NCBI GenBank assembly: GCA_902461025.1
Contig: CABPWC010000001.1
Span: 1,258-65,257, forward strand
Source of the DNA: an uncultured Streptococcus sp.
GTDB taxonomy: Bacteria; Bacillota; Bacilli; Lactobacillales; Streptococcaceae
Direction of reading: 5' to 3'
DNA length: 64,000 nucleotides
Part shown: positions 1 through 14,199 of the stretch, piece by piece
How the letters are laid out: every line of letters begins with the position of its first letter
Position numbering within the stretch: position 1 is the first letter of the stretch
Notes under the pieces: model-generated
Told to the model about the DNA's origin: nothing
The model's database searches: none
Seen by the model: only the letters and a program-made list of their open reading frames with translations
Program-made: the position numbers and the translations under genes

Positions 1-65
1 CAAAAGGCGACAAAATATTCAGCCATTTCTAAGCTACGGGCTTGAATTGCCTTTAAATCACTCAT
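1..65 (-). CDS. licD: LicD-family phosphorylcholine transferase, N-terminus (runs off window)
   Basis: Hand translation MSDLKAIQARSLEMAEYFVAF resembles the pneumococcal licD3 that follows psr; extended -10 TGGTATAAT upstream at ~103-111. Confidence 0.6.
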   Translation of the reverse strand, partial: MSDLKAIQARSLEMAEYFVAF

Positions 66-145
66 CTCATTCTCATCCTCTTCTATAGAATTACATCATT
101 TCATTATACCATAAAAATGACCAAATAATCCATCAGACCATGTGA

Positions 146-197
146 AAAATCAAAGTCTGAGACATCCGTTTTGTTAGATGTTTCAAGCTTTGATTTT
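146..197. terminator. Long hairpin downstream of psr, likely terminator
   Basis: AAAATCAAAG...GACATC / GATGTT...CTTTGATTTT inverted repeat. Confidence 0.55.
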
Positions 198-208
198 AAT
201 TTATTTTT

Positions 209-1528
209 TTATCTGAATCCCATTTGAGCCAGTTTATTCTGGTAAGCTTTTTGATCCACTCGGAGTGCTTGGCCTCCATAGACATCATAGTCATCTACCC
301 AGTCTCCAAGTTCCGGTACTGTAAGTCTCTCAATACCGTTCTGACCTCCTTCAAGTACGGATAATCCGTTGGTCAATAAGAAGGTATAAGGAAGGTTTGT
401 AGATGTCATGGCGAATACTTTACCAAGTGCTTCTGAACCTGTGAATAGTTTTGTAGGATCCTTAATCTGCTGCAAGATAGCTGTCATGACTTGTTGCTGT
501 CTACGAGTACGGCCATAGTCCCCTTCATCATCATCACGGAAACGTGCATAGTTGAGAAGAGTAGAACCATTCATTTGTTGCGTTCCGGCTTTAATAGTTT
601 GTGTTGGTGATTCTGTTTCTGTCGCATGCAAGTCATCACCAACTGTCGCTTCCGTAACCGGAACACCATTTAAAGTTGAAAACTGAGCATCAATGGTCAC
701 TCCATCAGGGAAAAGCGTGTCAATAGCAGTCGCAAAAGCTTGGAAATCTACAAGGGCATAGTATTTGATATCTAAGTCAAAATTATCTTTAAGGACCTTA
801 CGCACCATTTCAGCCCCTTGTTTTCCTTCTTGTTCACCCAATTCGTAAGCCAAATTCAACTTGTGGTCAACTTGTTTCTGACCATTGATGACTTGGCTAT
901 AGCCATCAATGTAAACTAGATTATCACGCATAAAGCTTACAAGTTTAAGCTTTTTATCTTTGCCACTTACATTAAGAACCATAATAGAATCGGTCCGTGT
1001 TTCTGCACTATTCTGACCAATACGGCCATCTGTTCCTAAAATAAGAATATTGACACCATCTCTTGTATCCTGTCCATTAAAGACTTCAACTTGAGCGGCT
1101 TTGGCATCTTTTGATCCATTTGAACTATTAGGATTGGCTGATTGAAAACCTTTCAGGAACATAAAAATCATTCCCAATGCTGCGCAAAGCAACAGCATTC
1201 CTAGCCAAGCAAGTATCCGTTTAAATCGAAAAACTCTTTTTTTCTTTGGTTTCTTCTCCTTAGGAATCTTAGCTTTTGGTTGAGGCAGACTAGTACGTCG
1301 ACTAGCACGGCTGTGATTCGTATAACTCGGAAGACCTGTGTTCAATTCAGTGTATTCTTGATTTTCTACTTCTTCTTGGACAACGGAGCGCACTTCTTGT
1401 TGACCATCCAGCTTAGCTTGTAAAAAAGCAAACTCTCGCTTTTCTTTATCATTTAGATAGTGGATGTTTTTTAATAGATAGTCGTAACGTAGTCTTTCAT
1501 GGTGTGTCAAAGGATTCTCTCTAGTCAT
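209..1528 (-). CDS. psr: LCP (LytR-CpsA-Psr) family protein Psr
   Basis: Single TM helix, NILILGTD, RTDSIM, YARFR and RTRRQQ LCP motifs. Confidence 0.9.
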   Translation of the reverse strand: MTRENPLTHHERLRYDYLLKNIHYLNDKEKREFAFLQAKLDGQQEVRSVVQEEVENQEYTELNTGLPSYTNHSRASRRTSLPQPKAKIPKEKKPKKKRVFRFKRILAWLGMLLLCAALGMIFMFLKGFQSANPNSSNGSKDAKAAQVEVFNGQDTRDGVNILILGTDGRIGQNSAETRTDSIMVLNVSGKDKKLKLVSFMRDNLVYIDGYSQVINGQKQVDHKLNLAYELGEQEGKQGAEMVRKVLKDNFDLDIKYYALVDFQAFATAIDTLFPDGVTIDAQFSTLNGVPVTEATVGDDLHATETESPTQTIKAGTQQMNGSTLLNYARFRDDDEGDYGRTRRQQQVMTAILQQIKDPTKLFTGSEALGKVFAMTSTNLPYTFLLTNGLSVLEGGQNGIERLTVPELGDWVDDYDVYGGQALRVDQKAYQNKLAQMGFR

Positions 1529-2369
1529 TCCTTCTCCTTTCCTTTATCCTGTATGGTATAGATAGGATAAGCACCTAGTACTTTATACTGGATTCCAATC
1601 GTTTCTAATTCTTTTTGAGCAAAGTGGACCAATTCTTTATCAGTATAGTCCACATCAATGATAAAAAAGTACTCACCTAGTGCTGTTTTTAGCGGGCGAC
1701 TCTCAATCTTAGTTAGGTCAATCCCACGCCAAGCAAAGGTAGAAAGCGCCTTATATAAGGCTCCCGGTAGATTGTCTGGCAAGGTCAATGCTAGACTCAT
1801 TTTCTTAGCATTTGCATTCAAGGGCATTTGCGGTGCCTTGGGACCTAACACCCAAAAGCGAGTGAAATTGGCTTCCATCTCTTGAATATCTTGAGCAATT
1901 AATTCCAAACCATATTCTCCAGCCGAACTCTTGGGGGCAATGGCCGCAAAAGGCTGATCTGGATGCTCGGAAACATAGCGCGCAGCGTAGGCTGTACTAG
2001 CAGTGACTTCTAGTTGAGCCTCTGGATAATGCTCATCGATAAATTTCTTTCCTTGAGCCAAGGCTTGTGGGTGAGAAAAGATTTTCTCAATTTTAACTTG
2101 CCCTGGCACCGCCATCAACTGTTGATGAATTGGCTGCACAATCTCCGCCACAGCTTGAATTCGAGCTTGGTGAAAAAGATAGTCTAAGGTCTCATGAACA
2201 CTACCTTCAATGGAATTTTCAACTGGCACTACTGAATAGTCTACTAAGCCCTGTTCGAAAGCCTTGATAACGTCTGTAATATTTGAAAAAGGCTCTAGTT
2301 CCTCATGAGGAAAAGCCGTTTGCACCACATGGTGCGAAAAAGATCCTTTGGGACCTAGATAGGCAATTT

Positions 2370-2373
<4 letters not shown>
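1525..2373 (-). CDS. pheA: Prephenate dehydratase
   Basis: YLGPKGSFS, PVENSIEG, TRF and ESRP motifs; ACT domain. Confidence 0.95.
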
Positions 2374-4550
<2,177 letters not shown>

Positions 4551-4561
4551 AATTGTCCTCC

Positions 4562-5665
4562 TTATTTAATAACGACTGTGTAGTCAGTATTTTCTGTAAT
4601 GACTTGCTCAGCACGTTTAAAATCCTGAGCATTCTTAAAGGAAATTTGCAGAATCCCGTGAACATCCTCACGGTTTTCCTCATTGATATGGATATTGACC
4701 AAAGAAGTTCCACGTAGCAATTCCAAGATGCGTAAAATCACATCTTCTTCATCGGGAACATCTACATAAAGGTCAAATGAGCTATCTACTCCTCCGCGTT
4801 TATGGATTTCCATAGCTTGACGTTGCTCACGCGCTTGATTGAAAAAATTCCAGATTTGGTTTTCATCACCCTTACTGATAGCTTGAACAATTTCATCCAA
4901 ACGGCTCTTGAAATCCTCGATGCGTTCAACAATGGTCTCTCGATTGGATAAGAGGATAGAAGTCCACATACCTGGCTCGCTTTCAGCAATCCGAGTCATA
5001 TCACGAAAACCACCTGCTGCAAAGCGTCGCGCCATTTCATGCTCTTCAGCATAGTTGGCAGTTTGTTCCATCAGGCCTGATGCTAAGATATGCGGAAAAT
5101 GGCTAATCTGAGAAGTCACTCGGTCATGCTCTTCAGCATCGATTTCGATGAAACGAGCATGGAGTCCTGAAAGTAGGTCTTTCATTTCTTCAAGCGTATC
5201 CGGAGTCGTCAGACTAGATGGCGTGAAGATATAGTAGGCGTTCTCAAAAAGATTCACATCTGCTGAGGCTGCTCCTGTCTTGTGACTTCCTGCCATAGGA
5301 TGCCCACCAATAAATCGAACAGGCTTACCAGCAAAATTCTCCTCCGCTGCATTTACAATAGCTGACTTGGTCGAACCAGCATCAGAAATAAGGACGCCTT
5401 CTTTCAAGTCCAAGTTGGCTAACTCCTTGATAAAGGCAAGAGTCTGTTGGATAGGAAGAGTCAAAATAATAATATCTGCTAGTGGAGCAAAACTGGCAAA
5501 ATCATCTGTCGCACGGTCAATCATTCCCCGCTCCAAGGCGATATCTCTAGACGCCTGACTACGATTGTATCCTAAAACTTCATAATCAGGATGATCCCGC
5601 TTGATTCCGAGTGCCATCGAAGCACCAATCAAACCCAATCCTGCGATATAGATGGTTTTCGCCAT
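4562..5665 (-). CDS. tyrA: Prephenate dehydrogenase
   Basis: GLGLIG Rossmann motif, [17 protein letters not shown]. Confidence 0.95.
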   Translation of the reverse strand: MAKTIYIAGLGLIGASMALGIKRDHPDYEVLGYNRSQASRDIALERGMIDRATDDFASFAPLADIIILTLPIQQTLAFIKELANLDLKEGVLISDAGSTKSAIVNAAEENFAGKPVRFIGGHPMAGSHKTGAASADVNLFENAYYIFTPSSLTTPDTLEEMKDLLSGLHARFIEIDAEEHDRVTSQISHFPHILASGLMEQTANYAEEHEMARRFAAGGFRDMTRIAESEPGMWTSILLSNRETIVERIEDFKSRLDEIVQAISKGDENQIWNFFNQAREQRQAMEIHKRGGVDSSFDLYVDVPDEEDVILRILELLRGTSLVNIHINEENREDVHGILQISFKNAQDFKRAEQVITENTDYTVVIK

Positions 5666-5674
5666 AAGAACTCC

Positions 5675-6841
5675 TTAATAATGTTTTGTATACTCCCGAT
5701 GGTTAGCAACAGCTTCTTTCAATTCTTCTAGATTATCTGATGAGAATTTCTCTAAAATTTCCTGGGCTACGACAGTTGCTACTACCGCTTCCATGACGAC
5801 ACCTGCTGCTGGAAGAGCAGTCGGATCACTTCTCTCCACCGTTGCTTTATAAGGCTCGTGTGTTTCGATATCCACACTCATCAAGGGCTTATAGAGGGTA
5901 GGGATTGGTTTCATGACCCCACGGACAACAATGGGCTGACCATTGGTCATTCCACCTTCAAAACCACCGAGATTATTGGTCCGACGTGTATAACCATCTT
6001 CTTTAGACCAGATAATTTCATCCATAACTTGGCTACCCTTGAGATAACCCGCTTTAAAACCAAGTCCAAACTCCACACCCTTAAAGGCATTGATAGAAAC
6101 AACTGCCTGAGCTAGTCTTGCATCTAGTTTACGATCCCATTGGACATAAGAACCAAGACCAACCGGAACACCGCCAACAACTGTTTCTACAACTCCACCG
6201 ATAGTATCTCCATCACGTTTAATCTGATCAATATAGTCCTTAATCTCCTGCTCACGTTCTTGGTTTACGATAGAAACTTCTGACTGGGCAGCCAGTTTTT
6301 TAATCTCTGCGACTGTTAAGTTTTCTGGAACATCAATTTCCTTGCCACCAAAAACAACAACATGGTTGGCAATTTCGATATCAAGCTCATTCAATAAACG
6401 CTTGGCAACAGCTCCAACTGCCACTCGCATGGTCGTTTCACGGGCAGATGAACGTTCCAGGGAATTTCGCAAATCATCAAAGCGGTATTTGATACCTCCT
6501 ACCAAGTCAGCGTGACCTGGGCGAGGATGTGTGATTTTTCGTTTACTTTTAAGTTTATCCTCAATATCCTCAGCAGACATGATATCTAGCCATTTTTGAT
6601 GGTCTTTGTTAATGACATCCATGGTAATGGGAGCCCCTGTCGTCTTCCCGTGGCGAACACCAGAAGTAAAGACAACTTGGTCACTTTCAATCTTCATACG
6701 ACCACCACGTCCGTATCCACCCTGGCGACGTTTGAGATCCTCATTAATATCTTCTGCAGTTAAAGGAAGACCTGCTGGAATTCCTTCAATAATTGCTGTC
6801 AGACGAGGACCATGTGATTCTCCTGCTGTTAAATATCTCAT
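5675..6841 (-). CDS. aroC: Chorismate synthase
   Basis: [21 protein letters not shown]. Confidence 0.97.
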   Translation of the reverse strand: MRYLTAGESHGPRLTAIIEGIPAGLPLTAEDINEDLKRRQGGYGRGGRMKIESDQVVFTSGVRHGKTTGAPITMDVINKDHQKWLDIMSAEDIEDKLKSKRKITHPRPGHADLVGGIKYRFDDLRNSLERSSARETTMRVAVGAVAKRLLNELDIEIANHVVVFGGKEIDVPENLTVAEIKKLAAQSEVSIVNQEREQEIKDYIDQIKRDGDTIGGVVETVVGGVPVGLGSYVQWDRKLDARLAQAVVSINAFKGVEFGLGFKAGYLKGSQVMDEIIWSKEDGYTRRTNNLGGFEGGMTNGQPIVVRGVMKPIPTLYKPLMSVDIETHEPYKATVERSDPTALPAAGVVMEAVVATVVAQEILEKFSSDNLEELKEAVANHREYTKHY

Positions 6842-6850
6842 ACATTCTCC

Positions 6851-7918
6851 TTATTTTACTAAGTAATCTTTCATTTCTTCGAGAGAAACTGGGTGAATCC
6901 TTGCTGAACCAAGTTCTGGTACCAAGACTAATTTCATAGTGTTGCCACGCGCTTTTTTATCATGAGTCAAAGCCTGATAAAGCTTGTCAAGGTCCCAGTT
7001 TTCGTACTCGACTGGCAACCCAAACTTCAGACACATTTCTCGGATTGACTGTGTGATTCCTACTGGCATGAGTCCTTTTTGTTCTGCTACTTTAGAGACC
7101 TGAACCATCCCCATAGCTACTGCCTCACCGTGCATGACACGCCCGTAACCTGCAGTTGCCTCAATAGCATGACCAATTGTGTGACCAAAGTTGAGATAGA
7201 GACGAATGCCATTGTCCAACTCATCTTCAACTACCATCTTACGCTTCACCTGACAAGAATGCTCAATCAAACTCTCTGAATGTTCCAAAATACTTTCCAC
7301 AGAACCATCCATTTCAGATAATAGGTTCCAGAGCTCTGGATCTTCGATGAGGCCATACTTGATGACTTCACCCATTCCTTCAATCAATTCTCTCTTACCT
7401 AAAGTCTCAAGAACTGTTGGGTCAATCAAAACACCATCCGGCTGAGCAAAAGTCCCCACCATATTCTTGGCAAAAGGGGTGTTCACTCCAGTTTTTCCAC
7501 CGATTGAAGAATCAACCTGGGCAGTTAAACTAGTTGGAATCTGAACAAAATGAATCCCTCGCATATAGGTAGAGGCTACAAAGCCAGCTAAGTCTCCAAC
7601 CACACCACCACCGAGTGCAAGGATGCCATCACTACGAGTTAAACCTTGCTTCACTAAAAATTCATAAGCCTTTTGAACCGTGGTTAGATTTTTTCGCTCT
7701 TCACCCTCTAGAAAGTCAAAAACGGCCACTTGAAAACCAGCATCCTCCAAGCTCAATTTAACTTTTTCTGCATAGAGTGAAGCTACATGGTTATCGGTAA
7801 TGATAACGACTTTTTGCGGTTGCCAAAGTTCTCGCAACCATTTTCCTGCTTGAGACAAGCATCCTTTTTCAATCTGAATATCATAAGGATGATGTGGAAG
7901 GTCTATTCTGATTTTCAT
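6851..7918 (-). CDS. aroB: 3-dehydroquinate synthase
   Basis: [26 protein letters not shown]. Confidence 0.96.
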   Translation of the reverse strand: MKIRIDLPHHPYDIQIEKGCLSQAGKWLRELWQPQKVVIITDNHVASLYAEKVKLSLEDAGFQVAVFDFLEGEERKNLTTVQKAYEFLVKQGLTRSDGILALGGGVVGDLAGFVASTYMRGIHFVQIPTSLTAQVDSSIGGKTGVNTPFAKNMVGTFAQPDGVLIDPTVLETLGKRELIEGMGEVIKYGLIEDPELWNLLSEMDGSVESILEHSESLIEHSCQVKRKMVVEDELDNGIRLYLNFGHTIGHAIEATAGYGRVMHGEAVAMGMVQVSKVAEQKGLMPVGITQSIREMCLKFGLPVEYENWDLDKLYQALTHDKKARGNTMKLVLVPELGSARIHPVSLEEMKDYLVK

Positions 7919-7936
7919 AGCAGGTCTCCTTTTTCT

Positions 7937-8791
7937 TTATTGATACTTTTGTTTTAATAAGTCCCAAATTTGATCTGTTGGCATTTCCTTGCCTGTCCAT
8001 AACTGAAAAGCTTCCGCAGCTTGGTAGAGCAACATGCCAAGGCCATTGATAGATTGATTTCCCTGCTTTCTTGACCATTTCAAAAATGGGGTTTCAAAAG
8101 GTTGATAAATCACATCTGCTACTAAGAGCTTCTCTGGTAAAACGATACTTGTCGGGATTGGCTGAGAGGTTCCATCCATACCTACACTCGTAGCATTTAC
8201 TAAGAGGTCGGATTGAGTGATACTGTCTTGAAGGTCTTGAACATCCTCTAAGGCAACTAAATCTACTCTAAATCCAGTCGCATTTTCTAGTTTTTCTAAG
8301 TAAGGTTTTGTTTTTTCTATGGATGACGAACGAACAAAGACAGAAATCTGACTTACTCCATCCAAGATTGCCTGTGCCAAAATTGCCTTGGCTGCACCGC
8401 CTGCTCCTAACAAAACCAGTTTTTTCCTTGATATTTTAAAAGAAGGCAAGCTCTTAAAGAATCCCTTGCCATCTGTGTTATATCCAATTAGTGTTCCTTC
8501 TCGATTCACAACTGTATTAACTGCACCAATTAAACAAGCCTCTTCGCTCAACTGGTCCAGATAAGGAATCACTTGTTCCTTGTAAGGCATGGAAAGATTG
8601 ATTCCATACATCTGGTAGCGACGAATATTGGCAACTGTTTCTGCTAGTTCAGCTGCATCTACTTCCCAAGCAAGATAAACACCATTGGTATTGGTTGCTT
8701 CAAAAGCGCTATTGTGAATAAAGGGAGAAATGGAGTGTTTGATAGGATTTGCGACTACAGCTGCTAAACGTGTGTAGCCATCAATCTTCAT
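7937..8791 (-). CDS. aroE: Shikimate dehydrogenase
   Basis: HSISP, NLSMPYK, NTDG, GAGGAA. Confidence 0.95.
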   Translation of the reverse strand: MKIDGYTRLAAVVANPIKHSISPFIHNSAFEATNTNGVYLAWEVDAAELAETVANIRRYQMYGINLSMPYKEQVIPYLDQLSEEACLIGAVNTVVNREGTLIGYNTDGKGFFKSLPSFKISRKKLVLLGAGGAAKAILAQAILDGVSQISVFVRSSSIEKTKPYLEKLENATGFRVDLVALEDVQDLQDSITQSDLLVNATSVGMDGTSQPIPTSIVLPEKLLVADVIYQPFETPFLKWSRKQGNQSINGLGMLLYQAAEAFQLWTGKEMPTDQIWDLLKQKYQ

Positions 8792-9458
8792 TTAGAAGCT
8801 CCCTAATTTTTTTCATGCTAGATAGTGAAATTTGTCCTGGAGCACTAGCTTCATCTAGACTTGCAAAAGACCAGCTAGATCCTGTCACATCTGAAGTAAT
8901 ACGAGAGACCTTGCCCACTTTTCCCATAGAAATCGTTACATATTCTTGTTCAGGATTCAGTGTTTTAAAGCCACGTGTAAAGTTCATCAGATCCAACACA
9001 TCTTGTTCTGTATTAGCCATAACAGCTATTTTCACAACTTTAGGATTTAAACTTGTTAACTCAGACAAGATTTCCATTAGATTTTCAGGTGTCTCTTGGA
9101 AGTTATGGTAGCTCAAGACGAGATTTGGAAAGTCCAACATCTGATCAAAAACATCCTTGTAGCTAAAATACTCAAAATCAATATAATCTGGTTGATAAAG
9201 CTGTGCCACTTCCTTGATAATCTGAACATACTCTTCTGAAGAGAGCTCAATTTGACCACCCTCGGCACGAGTACGTAAAGTGAAAACAAGCTCACGACCT
9301 GCAAATTTTTCAAAAATAGCTGGCGCTACCTGCAAGATAGCTTCCTTGGGTAAGAAGTCTGCTCTCCACTCAATGATATCTGCATCATGATACCGCATAA
9401 CATCAATAGCCTGAGCCTCTTCTATACTTCTTGGCATGACAGAAACAATTAATTTCAT
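8781..9458 (-). CDS. aroD: Type I 3-dehydroquinate dehydratase
   Basis: [23 protein letters not shown]. Confidence 0.95.
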   Translation of the reverse strand: MKLIVSVMPRSIEEAQAIDVMRYHDADIIEWRADFLPKEAILQVAPAIFEKFAGRELVFTLRTRAEGGQIELSSEEYVQIIKEVAQLYQPDYIDFEYFSYKDVFDQMLDFPNLVLSYHNFQETPENLMEILSELTSLNPKVVKIAVMANTEQDVLDLMNFTRGFKTLNPEQEYVTISMGKVGKVSRITSDVTGSSWSFASLDEASAPGQISLSSMKKIRELLNED

Positions 9459-10618
9459 TTACTAACCTTCATGGTAATCACTTTGAGGTAATTACTACTT
9501 TCATCTTTTTCATTGTAGACAAAGTCTGCTGGAAGTCCATATTTATGAAGAACCTGATACTTTCTACCTGCAAATCCTTTGTCGATTTGTTCTGTAAATT
9601 TTTGACGGGAAACATTAGCCGCATTGGTACTAGCAATAATGATTCCACCTGGGTTTAAAATCTCTAGGCTTTGGGAAATCAACTTATGATAATCCTTAGC
9701 TACAGAGAATGTTTGTTTTTTATTTCGGGCAAAGCTAGGCGGATCCAGAACAATCACGTCATAGCTTAAACCTTTTCTTTTAGCATATTTAAAATATTCA
9801 AAGACATCCATGACAAGCAGTCGATGATTGTCTAGACTCAAACCATTGGCATGAAAATGAGCTTCTGATAGTTCTCTTGAACGTTTGGCTAGGTCTACAG
9901 AGGTTGTTTCACTAGCTCCCCCCATAGCTGCAGCAACTGAGAAGGCCGCTGTATAAGAAAACATATTGAGTAAGGATTTCCCCATTGCTAAACCATCAAC
10001 TAAGCTCCCACGAACTTCATGCTGATCCAAGAAAATCCCTGTCATAAGACCATCATTCATAAAGACTTGGTACAAGACTCCATTCTCGAGAACAGTGAAA
10101 TATTCAGCTGCTTCTTGACCATAGATATGGGCAGACTCATAGTCTAGACCTTTAAAGCGAATCTTTTCATAGGCACCTAAGACTTCCGGGAATACCTGAG
10201 AGAAGGCTGCAATAATCTCTTGGCGAATTCCATAGATATAGGAGTTGTACCAAGAGAAAACAACATAATCTCCATAGAGATCCAGCGTCATTCCACCAAA
10301 ACCATCACCTTCTTGATTAAACAAACGAAAGGCAGTTGTCAACTCATTTTGATAGTAGGAAGAGCGTTTTTGTTTGGCTTGCTTAAACAAACTTTCAAAG
10401 AAGGTTTGTTTAAAAGGAATGTTCTGGTTGGTTACAAACCAACCAATTCCCTTATTTTGACGAGATAAATAAGCCTTTCCTAAAAATTCTTTGCTTTGGC
10501 TGAAAAGTTCAACTTCCTGATCAGTTTCAGATAAGTCTGGAAAATCAACTTCTTCCAAAAGAACCTGACCTTTGCGGAGCTTTTTTTCGACACGCCGACT
10601 GACGAATACTTTATTCAT
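9455..10618 (-). CDS. Class I SAM-dependent rRNA methyltransferase (RlmI/YwbD-like)
   Basis: TGIFLDQ, LNMFSYT, VLDPPSF. Confidence 0.85.
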   Translation of the reverse strand: MNKVFVSRRVEKKLRKGQVLLEEVDFPDLSETDQEVELFSQSKEFLGKAYLSRQNKGIGWFVTNQNIPFKQTFFESLFKQAKQKRSSYYQNELTTAFRLFNQEGDGFGGMTLDLYGDYVVFSWYNSYIYGIRQEIIAAFSQVFPEVLGAYEKIRFKGLDYESAHIYGQEAAEYFTVLENGVLYQVFMNDGLMTGIFLDQHEVRGSLVDGLAMGKSLLNMFSYTAAFSVAAAMGGASETTSVDLAKRSRELSEAHFHANGLSLDNHRLLVMDVFEYFKYAKRKGLSYDVIVLDPPSFARNKKQTFSVAKDYHKLISQSLEILNPGGIIIASTNAANVSRQKFTEQIDKGFAGRKYQVLHKYGLPADFVYNEKDESSNYLKVITMKVSK

Positions 10619-10625
10619 AGATACA

Positions 10626-10634
10626 ATTATATCA
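10626..10634 (-). promoter_or_regulatory. Extended -10 promoter of the aro operon
   Basis: TGATATAAT on the minus strand, 7 nt from the ATG at 10618. Confidence 0.65.
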
Positions 10635-10808
10635 AATTTGTTGAAAATTCACAAAGTAGAAAGTGATTTCTCCATTGATGTCATAGGAACTATCCAAACT
10701 TTTCGTTTCTGCTTGATTGATTTCTAAATGAGAATGGTCATTTGTGTTGAGAAATTTCATTCTATTACCGTAAAAATAGACATTCACATCCTGAGGTCTA
10801 TTTTTTCA

Positions 10809-10847
10809 GCGCAAACGTTTGCGCATTTGCTTGCTTTGTGGTAAAAT
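10809..10847 (+). promoter_or_regulatory. MalR-type (LacI family) operator overlapping the amy promoter
   Basis: Perfect palindrome GCGCAAACGTTTGCGC 10809-10824 overlapping -35 TTGCGC; TGgTAAAAT at 10839-10847. Confidence 0.8.
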
Positions 10848-10879
10848 GATTCTCAAATTGTTAAGTATGAGGACTATCT

Positions 10880-12331
10880 ATGAAAAATCAAACCCTAATG
10901 CAGTATTTTGAGTGGTACCTTCCCCACGATGGACAACACTGGACGCGACTTACCGATGATGCTGAGCATCTTGCAAATCTAGGAATTAGCCACGTCTGGA
11001 TGCCACCTGCCTTTAAAGCTACCAACGAAAAAGATGTCGGTTATGGTGTCTATGACCTTTTTGACCTCGGTGAGTTTGACCAAAAAGGAACTGTGCGTAC
11101 CAAGTACGGTTTCAAAGAAGACTATCTTCAAGCCATTCAAACACTTAAATCACATGGGATTCAACCTATGGCTGACGTCGTCTTAAACCACAAGGCAGCT
11201 GCAGACCGTTTAGAATCCTTCCAGGTTATTGAAGTCGACCCAGAAGATCGCACAATTGAACTTGGAGAACCTTTTACCATCAATGGTTGGACAAACTTTA
11301 CTTTTGATGGAAGACAAAACACCTACAATGATTTCCACTGGCACTGGTACCATTTCACTGGAACTGACTATGATGCCAAAAGACGGAAGTCTGGTATTTA
11401 CCTTATCCAGGGAGATAATAAGGGGTGGGCCCACGAAGAATTAGTCGATAACGAAAATGGTAACTATGACTACCTCATGTATGCGGACTTAGATTTTAAG
11501 CATCCAGAAGTCATACAAAATATCTATGATTGGGCTGATTGGTTCATGGAAACGACTGGCGTAGCTGGTTTTCGTTTAGATGCAGTCAAGCATATCGACT
11601 CCTTCTTTATGCGCAATTTTATTCGCGATATGAAAGAAAAATATGGACAAGACTTCTATGTCTTTGGAGAATTCTGGAATCCAGATAAGGATGCCAACCT
11701 TGACTATCTCGAAAAGATTGAAGAGCGCTTTGATCTTGTCGATGTCCGACTCCATATGAATCTCTTTGAAGCAAGCCAAGCTGGTGCAGACTACGATTTG
11801 CGTACCATCTTTAATGATAGTCTGGTTCAAATCAAACCAGATAAGGCTGTAACCTTTGTCGAAAATCATGATACTCAACGAGGGCAAGCTTTAGAATCTA
11901 CTGTAGAAGAATGGTTTAAACCAGCAGCCTATGCTCTTATTCTTTTGCGCGAGCAGGGTCTCCCTTGTGTCTTTTACGGAGACTACTACGGTATCTCTGG
12001 TCAATATGCTCAGCAAGATTTTAAAGAAGTCCTTGACTGTCTCTTAGCTATCCGAAAAGATTTGGCTTATGGAGAACAGACGGACTACTTTGATGACCCT
12101 AATTGTATCGGTTGGGTTCGTTCTGGAGCTGACAACCAATCGCCTCTTGCCGTTCTTATCTCAAACGCTCAAGAGGATTTCAAAACCATGTTTGTAGGTC
12201 CAGAATGGGCTGATCATACTTTTGTTGATTTGCTTGGCAACCATTCAGACCAAGTAACTATTAATGCTGAAGGTTATGGTGATTTCCCAGTTGCTGAACG
12301 TTCTGTAAGTGTTTGGGGACTTACTTATTAA
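10880..12331 (+). CDS. amy: Alpha-amylase (GH13), no signal peptide
   Basis: MQYFEWY, DVVLNH, GFRLDAVKH, FVENHD. Confidence 0.93.
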   Translation: MKNQTLMQYFEWYLPHDGQHWTRLTDDAEHLANLGISHVWMPPAFKATNEKDVGYGVYDLFDLGEFDQKGTVRTKYGFKEDYLQAIQTLKSHGIQPMADVVLNHKAAADRLESFQVIEVDPEDRTIELGEPFTINGWTNFTFDGRQNTYNDFHWHWYHFTGTDYDAKRRKSGIYLIQGDNKGWAHEELVDNENGNYDYLMYADLDFKHPEVIQNIYDWADWFMETTGVAGFRLDAVKHIDSFFMRNFIRDMKEKYGQDFYVFGEFWNPDKDANLDYLEKIEERFDLVDVRLHMNLFEASQAGADYDLRTIFNDSLVQIKPDKAVTFVENHDTQRGQALESTVEEWFKPAAYALILLREQGLPCVFYGDYYGISGQYAQQDFKEVLDCLLAIRKDLAYGEQTDYFDDPNCIGWVRSGADNQSPLAVLISNAQEDFKTMFVGPEWADHTFVDLLGNHSDQVTINAEGYGDFPVAERSVSVWGLTY

Positions 12332-12337
12332 GAACAC

Positions 12338-12366
12338 AAAAAAACTTGCCTATGGCAAGTTTTTTT
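12338..12366. terminator. Bidirectional intrinsic terminator between amy and dnaD
   Basis: AAAAAAACTTGCC-TAT-GGCAAGTTTTTTT. Confidence 0.85.
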
Positions 12367-12377
12367 ATTGCTAAATA

Positions 12378-13052
12378 TTAGTCTTTCCAAAGATCCATGG
12401 CATTTTTAAAATCAGATGAAACCTGAACATTTTGAGGGTTTGTTGCCTCTCTCTCTTGACGTTTCGCTTCTACCTGGGCTACACTCCTAATCCCTTCATG
12501 ACGCCAGTTTCGTAGGATAGCTTGGATATATTTCCAATTTGGTTTTCCATTCAAAACAGCTTCTCGTAAGGCTTCTTTTATCAAATCTGCACTAGTTCCG
12601 TCTTCTTTCAAACTCTTTTCCAAATCTTCAATTTCAAATGGGCTCAATAGACGACCTAGCTCCTGTTGGAAAGTATCTACCAAGCTCTTTAAATCATTTG
12701 GAGCAGATTCCACCTGGTTTGGAGCTTGTTTTTCAAACAGTTGGTCTAGGCGCTCCAAGGCAAGAGTTGCATCGAAGATTACTTCTATTTCGCCATTAAG
12801 TTCAATGGTTCGGTATTGAAGCAACCCTTTCTCAGTCAATCGTGAAATAGCCTGATTGACTTCAGTGACATTTTTGCCGATTTTTTCAGCAATCTGACTT
12901 GGAGACAATTCACCTAAAGCCGTTGTATTCTGTAGGTAAAAGAACTGCCAAACCAAGAAATCATCGCTTGACGAGAACAGTTGATTGTAATGTAAGAGCA
13001 GGTCACTCGGTAACACTAAGTTTCCTGATTTGAAAGCATCTAAATATGTCAT
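12378..13052 (-). CDS. dnaD: Replication protein DnaD
   Basis: FQQELGRLLSPFE, YIQAILRNW. Confidence 0.9.
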   Translation of the reverse strand: MTYLDAFKSGNLVLPSDLLLHYNQLFSSSDDFLVWQFFYLQNTTALGELSPSQIAEKIGKNVTEVNQAISRLTEKGLLQYRTIELNGEIEVIFDATLALERLDQLFEKQAPNQVESAPNDLKSLVDTFQQELGRLLSPFEIEDLEKSLKEDGTSADLIKEALREAVLNGKPNWKYIQAILRNWRHEGIRSVAQVEAKRQEREATNPQNVQVSSDFKNAMDLWKD

Positions 13053-13060
13053 AATTCCTC

Positions 13061-14005
13061 TTATAAATATCCAAAATGAGACACATCATCTTCCACACTC
13101 TTCCACTCAAACGGCGTTTCTTGGTAAACTGCATAATTTACCCAGTTACTAAAGAAGAGAGCTGCAGATGAACTCCAACGCATACATGGGAGCTCATGAA
13201 TGTCATCATTTTTGAAATAATTTTCTGGTATATGTGGATCTAAACCAGCATCTAGATCTCTGAAATATTCCTTTGCAAGCGTATCGCGATCATACTCTAA
13301 ATGCCCAAAGCTATAGACTTCTCTCAAATCTCGACTCGCAAGGATAGAGATTCCCACCTCTTTTCCTGATGCTAAAATCTCTAGATTTGTTTTATTCAGA
13401 ATATCTTCTTTGTGGACTTCTGTATGGCGAGAATGAGGGGATACATATAAATCATCAAAACCTCTCAATAGGAGATGACCTTCTTTCAAAACATCTTGAG
13501 GATAAATCCCAGAAAGCTTCTGGTCCATCTGGTATTTATCTACGCCATAGCGATAGTATAGACCTGCCTGTGCCCCCCAACAAATATGCAAGGTCGAAAA
13601 GACATGAGTCTTAGACCAATCGATAACTTGGGTAAACTCTTGCCAATAGTCCACCTCCTCAAATGGAAGGTGCTCAACTGGAGCTCCTGTGATAATCAAG
13701 CCATCAAAATACTCGTCTTTAACTTCCGAGAAGGTCTTATAAAAAGTCTCCATATGCTCAGAACGAGTTGTTTTTGATTGGTGACTTTCCATATATAAGA
13801 AATCAATATCTAACTGCAGAGGAGTATTAGCCAAATGTCTTAAGAGCTGAGTTTCTGTTACAATTTTTTGCGGCATTAGATTTAAAATAAGAATTTTCAA
13901 GGGTCGGATATCCTGATGAGCCGCCCGTTGATCATCCATGACGAAAATATTTTCTGTTTGTAAAATCTCAACTGCTGGTAATTTTTTATCAATTCGAATC
14001 GGCAT
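13061..14005 (-). CDS. metA: Homoserine O-acyltransferase
   Basis: [25 protein letters not shown]. Confidence 0.93.
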   Translation of the reverse strand: MPIRIDKKLPAVEILQTENIFVMDDQRAAHQDIRPLKILILNLMPQKIVTETQLLRHLANTPLQLDIDFLYMESHQSKTTRSEHMETFYKTFSEVKDEYFDGLIITGAPVEHLPFEEVDYWQEFTQVIDWSKTHVFSTLHICWGAQAGLYYRYGVDKYQMDQKLSGIYPQDVLKEGHLLLRGFDDLYVSPHSRHTEVHKEDILNKTNLEILASGKEVGISILASRDLREVYSFGHLEYDRDTLAKEYFRDLDAGLDPHIPENYFKNDDIHELPCMRWSSSAALFFSNWVNYAVYQETPFEWKSVEDDVSHFGYL

Positions 14006-14092
14006 GGAAATCTCCTAACTGTATCATACTGGACTCAAGTAACCTGACTGTCATCAAATGGAAAAATCCAGTAGATGACACTTCTTCCCTTT

Positions 14093-14160
14093 ATTATACT
14101 GTAAGAAGATATAGTTTTCAATTATAGTTTTTCTCTAACTAGATATAGCCTTTTTTTATA
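14093..14160 (-). promoter_or_regulatory. metA promoter with two MetR/MtaR-type LysR boxes
   Basis: TATAAT at 14093-14098; TATAGTTTTCAATTATA 14110-14126 and TATAGCCTTTTTTTATA 14144-14160 resemble TATAGTT-N3-AACTATA. Confidence 0.6.
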
Positions 14161-14170
14161 TCATCATTAA

Positions 14171-14198
14171 GAGAAAACAGCCCTAGGGACTGTTTTTC
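14171..14198 (-). terminator. Terminator after apt
   Basis: AAAACAGCCC-TA-GGGACTGTTTT hairpin. Confidence 0.6.
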
Positions 14199-14199
14199 A

